Below, piece by piece: positions 38,441 through 47,786 of a stretch of DNA of 64,000 nucleotides. Location: assembly GCA_951406725.2 (NCBI GenBank), contig OX597826.1, forward strand, positions 9,548,001-9,612,000. Reading direction: 5' to 3'. Source of the stretch: Octopus vulgaris. Lineage: Eukaryota. Position numbers and translations under genes: made by a program. Every line of letters starts with the position of its first letter. Position 1 is the stretch's first letter. A model generated the notes under the pieces. That model saw nothing but the letters and a program-made list of their open reading frames with translations, was not told the origin of the DNA and did no database searches.

Positions 38441-38750
38441 AAGGCGGTAAGCTGGCAGAAACGTTAGCACGCCAGGCGAAATGCGTAGCCGTATTTCGTC
38501 TGCTGCTATGTTCTGAGTTCAAGTTCCGCCAAGGTCAACTTTGCCTTTCATCCTTTCAGGGTCGATAAATTAAGTACCAGTTACGCACTGGGGTCGATAT
38601 AATCGACTTAATCCATTTGTCTGTCCTTGTTTGTCCTCTCTGTGTTTAGTCCCTTGTGGGTAGTAAAGAAATAGGTATTTCGTCTGCCGTTACGGTCTGA
38701 GTTCAAATTCCGCCAAGGTCAATTTTGCATTTCATCCTTTTGCGGTCAAT
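38441..38750 (+). mobile_element. SINE family B long-tail copy followed by a partial second unit
   Basis: Full unit to 38673, then restarts at internal GGTATTTCGTCTG. Confidence 0.88.
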
Positions 38751-39053
38751 TAAAGTGAGATGGTCTCACTTCAAACACTACTAAGGTTAACTTTGCCTTT
38801 CATCTTTCCAGAGTCAATAAAATAAAGCACCAGTCTAGTACTTGGGCTGAAGGTGTTGACTAATCCCTGTCCTTCAGAAGTGCTGGCCTTGTGCTAAAAG
38901 AAGAAACCATTACAAAAGTGGTGAAATGGCACAATCGTTAGAGTATCAGAAAAAATACTTACCCAAAATGCTGTGCAGTGGGATTGAACCTGAAACCACA
39001 TAGTTGCAAAGTGATCTTCTCAACCACACAGTAATTAGTGCACCTATACATCA

Positions 39054-39232
39054 AGAGTGAGAGAAAGTTGTGGTGAAAGAGTCAGCAGAAGTTCGCCATT
39101 ACCTTCTGCTGGAGAAGCGTGGAGCTTAGCTGTTTCGCTCATAAACACACACATTGCCCAGTCTGAGATTCGAACCTGCGATTTCTCAACCGCGAGTCCG
39201 CTGCTCTAACCACTAGCCCATGTGCCTCCACT
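39054..39232 (-). mobile_element. Short tRNA-derived SINE
   Basis: Minus strand GGAGGCACATGGGCTAGTGGTTAGAGCAGCGGACTCGCGG...CAGGTTCGAATCTC (A and B boxes) followed by a non-tRNA tail; single copy in window. Confidence 0.7.
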
Positions 39233-39400
39233 CACAAATATGTGCACAGTGAAAAATCATTCTTGCTGGCTACTGATTGACAAGAGAACCTGCGCCAGAG
39301 AGAGAGTGCTTGTTTTGTTGCTCAACCGGGCAGACACAGCAGTCAAATCTTATAAAAAAAAGAACAAAAACACACACACTCACACTCACACTCACACACA

Positions 39401-39432
<32 letters not shown>

Positions 39433-40872
39433 TATACACACATGGAATAATGCAGTCTTGGATATATTATACTGATAATCATAATTTGAAAATCTTTGAT
39501 CATAGTATTACTCAACCACAGCTGACCCAGGGCTACATGACAGCAACTGCACACTTTTGCACTGACACTTTACACTCACAAACTTGCATTTCAATAAACA
39601 GGAAGAAAATAGACGAAGAACATGAAATGATTTCAGAGGTTTTCTTCTTTTGGTTTTACCTTTTTTTTTTTTAATGATTGATTCAACACCTGCTGGTCTG
39701 TTAATTAACTCTTTTCAATATTAATCTATGTCATTACAATCTGCCATCCCCTGCCTCACACACACACACACACACACACACGTGTGTGCGCACTCACACT
39801 GGCACACACATTCGCGTTCACACATTGAAAAGAAATACCTGTATTTGTATGTAATTATGCGGATTGTTTTCTTGACATCAGGATTAAGATTTAAATGGAA
39901 ATTACAAGATTTTAAAAGAAATTTCTAGGATTTTGATAGATTAACTCTATCAAGAGAACATATTACTCTAACATGTATGTTTGGTTTATATATGTTTGTG
40001 TTTTGGTGTAAATAAATACATAGAAGACGGACAAATTATTGAGAGATAATCAGCGGGTGGTAAGAAGGAAATGTGGAGATGTGCCAAACAATTTTTGATT
40101 AATAAAGCTATGATGTCTGAAGCATTTAAAAAAGAAAAAAAATTACAGAAGCTTGTGACAGAATGGCTTGATTATAGAGAGGTGTTTAACATTATTTGCC
40201 ATTCATAACTCTTGCGATCAGTGCACTGCTCTAAAGTACCTGCTGCTGTTGAAATGCTTACATAGACTTCTTTGACTCTTCTTAAATTGATAACTAAATG
40301 CATGATGAGTCGTCTCTGGTGAAAGCAGTCTAACTGTGCTTCATTATATTTTGGTGTTAATTCCACTAAACTCACCAGCTCTACTAAACCCACTGGCATT
40401 TCTCCTACTAAACTCGGACAGTTTGTTGTTCAACCCTAGGTCTGGCCTCATTGAGAAGACAGATCTATGAACATAGTCATCCCCATGATTACAACTCTGT
40501 CTTTTCGGGTGTATCTAGGATTGCATTATCTAAGGTGTTCTTCCTTTTCCCAAGTTAGGGTGTGATTTGAAAATGATTTGGCAGCTATTTTCAGCATTTC
40601 AAGAGACCACATAGAAAAATTATCCTTTATTGGCTCAAAATTTTCAGGTAGTTATATATTAGGGTTTTAATAGGTAAGAAACACATATAAAACCCCTGAT
40701 TTCTTCTCTGATGACTTAGTTATCTACAGTAGAAATATATGCAATGTTGAGAAACAGCTAAATTGAGTAATAAACATCTTTTCACTAATATAAGGATGAC
40801 AGTTGGTGATAACATGTTTATACTTGACAGTTGAATGTGGGAAAGCTGTTTTCTAATATTAAAAACATTCCA

Positions 40873-41157
40873 TAAGGCAGCAAGCTGGCAGAATCATTTG
40901 CACACCAGGTAAAATGTTCGTGGCATATTGTCCAGCTTTGGACCTAAGGCAATGAGCAGGCAGAATCATGAGCTCACCATGGGAGGCATTTTGTCTGTCT
41001 TTACATTCTAAATTCAAATTCCACATAGGTCAACTTGACTCTCCATCTTTTTGGGGGTTGATAAAATAAGTACCAGTTAGACACTGGGGTTGATGTAATA
41101 GACTTTATCCCTCTCTTAATAATGTTGGCCTTGTGCCAAAATTTGAAACCAATATTA
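40873..41157 (+). mobile_element. SINE family B with duplicated head
   Basis: TAAGGCAGCAAGCTGGCAGAATC and TAAGGCAATGAGCAGGCAGAATC in tandem. Confidence 0.7.
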
Positions 41158-41229
41158 AAGACATTCACATTCCTCTTTCTTCTGTCTTTTACACAATGAA
41201 TGTTACAAGTACCTAAACATTTATGAAAA

Positions 41230-42177
41230 TGTACCCAAAAACGAAAATGTAATCAAAGTGTATTATTTCATCAGACTTTAACAAATACAGTTTATGTAAG
41301 GATCATCAGAAAGCTAACTGGAAATAATTATGTGATGAGAACACTACAATGTTAATTTTTCTGGTGAGCTCAGAATTCCTGGCATGTTTCAATCTTATTC
41401 TGACCTCATTTACAAAGTATAGCCCTCACAGTTACTTTGTGATTCTTTGATCATTAACCTGTATGGTATCACTCAGACCACGTTTGCTAAACAACAACAA
41501 ATGCATCAATCAGGTGCTCAGAAGTGAGGAGAGCAATGTCCTGTAAGAGGGTGTGAAACAGCTCAAGAATTATTTGGTTCCTGAAGATGTCTCATGCAAT
41601 CCCAGGACTGACGAATGGATTTACTTCAACAAATACTTGAAAGATAAATACTCTGTAGACCGATTAAAAGGACTTCCCAAATTCCCCCAGAAATTTGAGA
41701 TTAATGTCAATATATTGTAAGGAAGTATCAATTCTTGCAAACTACATTACATTTCAAAGGTCATAATTTTGCTAAACAATGGCTGGAAGTTGCTACTAAA
41801 TACATGTGGAACAAAAGCAAGCGTGAATTGCTTAAACCCTCAAAGACACAATTGAAAAGGCTGATTATATTACATGTCTGTGGGAGACTTTATACATAAT
41901 CAACAGCTGCCCCGAAATGTCAAGATCCATACTGCCTTTCTATGCTGTATGACATTGTTGCTAAAACAATATACAATACCATTAGAAAAGATCACTGGAG
42001 ATAAATATAGAAAATATTTCTGATATTCAATACATCCATATGTTTCAATGGAAGGAATATTGGTGGAACATTCCCATCAAAACTTTCTAAACATAACAAA
42101 TCAGATATGATTGTCTGAGACAGAATGCAAAGAGTGTGTACTGTCTGTTGCAGTCAGTTGCCCAGCAGAGGTAAACT
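41230..42177 (+). mobile_element. Fossil R4/Dong-like non-LTR retrotransposon (restriction-like endonuclease region)
   Basis: Broken frames give YDIVAKTIYNTIRK, KEYWWNIPIKT, KHNKSDMIV*DRMQRVCTV, AVSCPAEVN, matching the RHD...H-N-(R/K)-P-D...E-x-S-C-P pattern of REL-endonuclease LINEs. Left boundary uncertain. Confidence 0.65.
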
Positions 42178-42449
42178 GTTCATTCTAAATCACTGAGAAA
42201 AACTAAATATAACAACTTTAAAGCAGGTATACAGAGAAACCACTTCATGGTTAGTCAATCTGTTTGCAATAGCAAATAAATCCTCAAATCACACCCAATC
42301 ACTTTGCCTGAAAATTAAATGGTTTAGTCATGGGTGGACCAACAATCCCTTCGATCACAGGTCTACTCAGTCTTGAGTTGGATTACTGTTTTGAAACCTA
42401 TAACTTCCCTATGCAGAGTAGAGGTTTACATTTGTACATATTATACACT

Positions 42450-42764
42450 TGTGGCACATAAAAAGCACCATCTGAACGTGGCCGATGCCAGCGACACATT
42501 GACTGGCTTCCGTGCTGGTGGCACATAAAAAGCACCAACCGATCATGGCCGTTGCCAGCCTCCCCTGGCACCTGCGCCGGTGGCATGTAAAAAGCACCCA
42601 CTGCACTCACGGAGTGGTTGGTGTTAGGAAGGGCATCCAGCTGTAGAAACACTGCCAGATCAGACTGGAGCCTGGTGCAGCTTCCTGGCTTCCCAGACCC
42701 TGGTCAAACCGTCCAACCCATGCTAGCATGGAAAACAGACATTTAACGACGACGATGATGATGA
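42450..42764 (+). mobile_element. RTE 3'-UTR fragment with three tandem units
   Basis: Same as 23787-24287. Confidence 0.88.
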
Positions 42765-43121
42765 CTGTGTTATTAAAGGTTTAATTATTTCATAAAACTG
42801 GAATTTCTAAGTCAAAAGTGAAATGTGTGTGAGAGAGAGAGAGAGACGCACACAGAGAGAAAGAGGGGGAGGGAGACATAGAGAAAGAGCACATTCCTTT
42901 CTTTGTTCATTTATATTTCAGCAAAGTCCTGCCTTATTTCCTGATGTGGCAAATAAACTTGATGTAACTGGTGTGGTAAATAGCCTACGTGTCTCAGCTG
43001 GTAGTCTTATGGAGTCAAGTTCCATGGCTGGTATGGTAAATGGAGAGTGATTTCATGCATATGGTGTGATAAATAGCATAGAGTGTTATATATGATACTA
43101 CGAATGGAGTGAGATATTGTG

Positions 43122-43540
43122 TGATGATGATCATCACCCTTTTAATGTCCATTTTCTATACTTCCAAGGGTCAGATGGCGATAACTGAGGCAGATTTTCT
43201 ATGGCCAGATACCCTTCCTGTCATCAACCCATACCTGTTTCCAGGCAAAGTAATGTTTTTTCCATGGCCAGACATGGTTTTGCATATTTATCAGAAATGA
43301 ATATCAATGTTTGTATGGCAGTGATACTGATTTGCGACTAACACTATGTTAAGACAAGGAGACAGAAGCATAGACACACACACACACACACACAATGGGT
43401 CTCTTTCAGTTTTCGTCTCCCCAAATCCAATCACAAGGCTTTTGTCAACACAATGCTGTTGCAGAAGTTAATTGCTTTTGGTACCATGCAGTGGGACTGA
43501 GCCCCAAACCATTTGGTTGGAAACAAACTTCTTAACAAAA
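43122..43540 (-). mobile_element. SINE A' (old)
   Basis: Same organisation as 25425-25860. Confidence 0.65.
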
Positions 43541-43925
43541 AAAGGATCAAGGACATACCTAGTATGCTCAATGTAGTAATAAAGTGTGGGAGTAGGCAAT
43601 GGCACAAATGGAATCTAAGAACGTTAATTCTTTCAAAAGTTTTGCATAGATAAATTCTTGAATGTATTTCAAATTGAACAATATAAGCTTTTAAATAGGG
43701 AACAAAAAATATGGAGAACTGATAAATATGATGGCATTTAATCTTTTCTCCATAACTTCAACATTTCCCAGGGGAGGGGAACATGGACTAAACAATTTAA
43801 TTTCAGTGGGATATTGAAAAAAGATTGAGAATTTATTACTACATGGAAAATTCCATTAAAAACGTAATTGAATATATATGATTTACACACGCATACACAT
43901 ACACACAAACACACACACATATATA

Positions 43926-43961
<36 letters not shown>

Positions 43962-44707
43962 TGTGTGTACACAAATACACACACCTGTAAACTCATGCAC
44001 ATGTACAAACAGAAACACACAAATGTAAAAGTATATATGTGTGTCTGCATGCGTGTACATGTGTATAGACATATACGTATATATAATGTGTGTGTGCGTA
44101 CACACACCAAACATACACATACATGTAGGTACATAGATATGTATGCAAACAAAGCTAAAGACCACTCGTTACATTTTATAAAGTTTATTTATTTGTATTA
44201 ACATCTGACTCGGAATTACATTACTTCAAGTTTCACAGAAGTGAGTTTCACAAAACTGAGACAAACACTCTTGAAGTAATATGAATAATATGTGTGTGCA
44301 TTTGAGCTTGTGTGCATGTGTGCATACACACACACACACATACACACACACACATGCGCATCTTATTCGATAAGCACTGGCATTGCTATGTGGTTAAGTT
44401 GTGTGTTTTTTTCAACCGTGTGGTAGGTACCGAGTTCAGTCCCACTGAACAACACATTGGGCAAGTGACTTCTACCACAGCTCTAAGCCAATCAATGCTT
44501 TGTGAATGACTTTGGTAGACTAGGACTATCACACACCCATTATGTGTGTATGTTTATGTGTGTGTATGTGTGTGTGTGAACATTCTGCATTTCACATGCA
44601 AAAGCATGGAGCTTCAGACAGTTGATATTTGTTGATATCATGTTGTGGCTTTTCACTTTCAAAGTGAAAATTCTTGACTTTGAAAACACATGTATATAAA
44701 CTAATAT

Positions 44708-45022
44708 TAAAAGACTCCGCCGGTTACGACGACGAGGGTCCCAGCTGATACGATCAACGGAACAGCTTGCTCGTGAAATTAACGTGCAAATGGCTGAGCA
44801 TTCTACAGACACGTGTACCCTTAACGTAGTTCTCGGGGATAATCAGCGTGACACAGAGAGTGACAAGGCTGACCCTTTGAAATACAAGTACAACTCATTT
44901 TTGCCAGCTGAGTGGACTGGAGCAACGTGAAATAAAGTGTCTTGCTCAAGGACACAACGCGTCGCCGGGAATCGAACTCACAACCTTACGAATGCCCTAA
45001 CCACTAAGCCACGCGCCCTCAC
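44708..45022 (-). mobile_element. Young tRNA-derived SINE, family C
   Basis: A box TGGCTTAGTGG, B box GAGTTCGATTCCC, CORE-like GTCCTTGAGCAAGACACTT; 12 bp TSD ATAAACTAATAT (44696-44707, 45023-45034). Confidence 0.9.
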
Positions 45023-45046
45023 ATAAACTAATATATGTGCACATGA

Positions 45047-45300
45047 ATCATCATCATCATCATCATTGTTTTAATGTGCACTTGTTCTTGCTTGCATGGG
45101 TCAGATGTAATTCACAGAGACAGATTTTTCTATGGCCGGATGCCCTTCCTATCACCAACCCTCATTTGTTTTCAAGTAAGGTAATCATTGCTTTTCCCTA
45201 AAGATGTTTCCATGGAATATCAGAAACTATGGAAACCACTCGTATGATGATGATGCTCATTAGAAATTTCAAGTAACATCAAGACAAGAAGCCACACACA
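45047..45300 (-). mobile_element. SINE A' tail
   Basis: Matches 25425-25650 and 58860-59101. Confidence 0.65.
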
Positions 45301-45366
45301 TTACACACACCACATACGTATGTACGTACATACATACATACATAAATACATATATGCATACATACA

Positions 45367-45397
<31 letters not shown>

Positions 45398-45578
45398 GGT
45401 CAAGTCAAAAAACTGAACATGGAAAATAACAATAATAAACAGCAAGAGGATGTGCAAATGGAATGAGAGAGAGTTTTTGACATTTCAAGCATAGCTCTTC
45501 ATTGGAGAAGAAAGCAGAAAAGCCCAGAGAAAGAAGGAAAAAAAAATCACCAACAGCACATGTGTAGTTACATTGCTG

Positions 45579-45610
<32 letters not shown>

Positions 45611-45616
<6 letters not shown>

Positions 45617-45792
45617 TATTTATATTAAGGGCATTACTATACATAAATGCCTCACGCCAGGAGGGACTCTTTAAGTCAAAAACTATCATAATAAACACAT
45701 TTGGTACAATGTGTTTATTATGGTAGTTTTTTACTTTAAGGGTCCCTTGAGGCATTCATTTATAGAAATGCCCTTAATATAAATAAATATAT
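45611..45792. repeat. Imperfect ~180 bp palindrome with 6 nt loop
   Basis: Arms ~45611-45701 and 45708-45792 centred on ACACATT-TGGTAC-AATGTGT. Confidence 0.85.
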
Positions 45793-45933
45793 TTAAAGGG
45801 AATAATTAATAAATTTTTCCCTTATGAGGTTTTTCACGCTAATTACTTGATAAATTCTTATAAAGATTTTATCCTATTTTTAAATGATATATATATATAT
45901 ATATACATATATATACACACACACACACATATA

Positions 45934-47776
45934 TCATCATCATCATCATCATCATCGTTTAACGTCCGCTTTCCGCGCTAGCACGGGTTGGACGGTTTGA
46001 CCGGGTCTGGGAAGCCAGGGGCCGCTCCAGGCTCCAGTCTGAATCTGGCAGAGTTTCTACGGCTGGATGCCCTTCCTAACGCCAACCACTCCGTGAGTGG
46101 ATTGGGTGCTTTTTACGTGCCACCTGCACAGGGGCCGGAGGGTCCGGCATCGTCACGATCGGATTCGAGCATTTTAACGTGTCAGCGGCACGGGGGCAAC
46201 GAGGTCCGGGGTACTTTGGGGATTGGGGTATTTTGGGGATCCAGGGTACTTTGGGGATCCGGGGTACTTTGGGGATCCGGGGTACTTAGAATGGGTAGGG
46301 GGGTACTTAGAATGGGTAGGGGGTATGTGGAATTGCTGCAGAAAGCAGCCCGGGTCTTTGTAGTCACAGCATATCTCCAGAGATCTCGGTCCTTCGCCAT
46401 TGCCTCAGTGAGGCCCAATGCTCTGAGGTCATGCTTGACCACCTCATCCCATGTCTTCCTGGGTCTACCTCTCCCCCTGATACCTTCAACTGTTTGGGAG
46501 TGGCACTTCTTCACACATCTCTCTTCATCCATCCGCAGCACATGACCATACCATCGCAAGCGTCGCTCTTGCACACCACATCTGATGCTTCTTATATCCA
46601 GCATTTCTCTCAGGATACTTACACTCTGTTTTGCGTGCACACTGACACTACACATCCAGCGGATCATGCTAGCTTCATTTCTTTCAAGTCTACGCATGTC
46701 TTCTGCAGTCACAGCCCATGTTTCATTACCGTGAAGCATGGCAGTTCGCACACATGCATCATATAATCTACCTTTTGCTCTGAGGGAGAGGCCTTTTGTT
46801 GCCAGTAGGGGTAGGAGCTTTCTGAACTTTGCCCAGGCTATTCGTATTCTAGTGGTGATACTCTCTGTGCATCCACCTCCGCTACTAACTTGGTCTCCCA
46901 GGTAGCGGAAACTATCAACTACTTCTAGTTTCTCTCCCTGGAGTGTGATGGAATCTGTTTTCTGAGTGTCTGTTGTGTCTATTGTCCCTGTGCATCTGCC
47001 GCACATGAAAGCTATCTTATCTGTTAATTTCCCTTTAATGTTGCTGCACCTCTTATGTGTCCATAACTTACATTGGGTGCATCTTATGGAGTTTCTACCT
47101 GTACCTTTCCTACAGGTTGAGCAGGGCCACCTACCCGAGGGGATGTGTGTTGAGTACCTCTTGCTGCTTACTAATACTTTGGTCTTTGCTACATTTATTC
47201 TAAGGCCCTTTGATTCCAACCCTTGCTTCCATACCCGAAATTTCTCTTCTAGTTCCGGTAGTGATTCTGCTATGAGAGCTAGGTCATCGGCATAGAGGAG
47301 CTCCCAGGGGCATCCCGTTTTGAATTCCTCTGTTATTGCTTGAAGTACTATGATGAACAAAAGGGGACTGAGGGCTGAGCCCTGGTGCACACCTACTTCT
47401 ACTCGGAATTCTTCACTATATTCGTTGCCAATCCTAACCTTGCTAACAGCCTCTCTGTATAGAGCCTGTACAGCCCTTATTAGCCATTCTTCAATCTCCA
47501 GTTTCCGCATCGACCACCAGATAAGGGAACGGGGAACCCTGTCAAAGGCTTTCTCCAAGTCTACAAAAGCTATGTAGAGGGGTTTATCTTTAGCTAGGTA
47601 CTTCTCCTGCAGTTGTCGGACCAGGAATATAGCATCAGTGGTGCTTCTACCTGGTACAAAACCGAACTGCATTTCATCTAAACAAATTCTCTCCCTAATG
47701 AGATTGGTTATGACCTTCTCTGAGACCTTCATCACCTGGTCCAACAGTTTGATACCTCTGTAGTTATTTCTATCTA
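45934..47776 (-). mobile_element. 5'-truncated RTE LINE, copy 2
   Basis: Intact RT-region ORF, 3' UTR, (TGA)n tail; both ends abut (TA)n. Confidence 0.95.
46182..47744 (-). CDS. RTE reverse transcriptase (N-terminally truncated) with internal PHD finger
   Basis: QFGF, AFVDLEKAFD, GVHQGSALSPLLF, LLYADD, FRYLG motifs; C4HC3 at 46992-47123. The frame is open upstream to the truncation point, so the track start is not a real initiation codon. Confidence 0.93.
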   Translation of the reverse strand: MDQVMKVSEKVITNLIRERICLDEMQFGFVPGRSTTDAIFLVRQLQEKYLAKDKPLYIAFVDLEKAFDRVPRSLIWWSMRKLEIEEWLIRAVQALYREAVSKVRIGNEYSEEFRVEVGVHQGSALSPLLFIIVLQAITEEFKTGCPWELLYADDLALIAESLPELEEKFRVWKQGLESKGLRINVAKTKVLVSSKRYSTHIPSGRWPCSTCRKGTGRNSIRCTQCKLWTHKRCSNIKGKLTDKIAFMCGRCTGTIDTTDTQKTDSITLQGEKLEVVDSFRYLGDQVSSGGGCTESITTRIRIAWAKFRKLLPLLATKGLSLRAKGRLYDACVRTAMLHGNETWAVTAEDMRRLERNEASMIRWMCSVSVHAKQSVSILREMLDIRSIRCGVQERRLRWYGHVLRMDEERCVKKCHSQTVEGIRGRGRPRKTWDEVVKHDLRALGLTEAMAKDRDLWRYAVTTKTRAAFCSNSTYPLPILSTPLPILSTPDPQSTPDPQSTLDPQNTPIPKVPRTSLPPCR

Positions 47777-47786
47777 TATATATATA

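Noticed and set aside
39160-39232. Genuine tRNA gene
   Set aside because: A and B boxes are present but acceptor and anticodon stems do not pair and it continues into a SINE-like tail; the same holds for the other tRNA-like heads.
42922-43030. Plus-strand candidate exon QSPALFPDVANKLDVTGVVNSLRVSAGSLMESSSMA after a good acceptor
   Set aside because: Isolated, no recognisable homology and no partner exons found; cannot be supported without transcript data.
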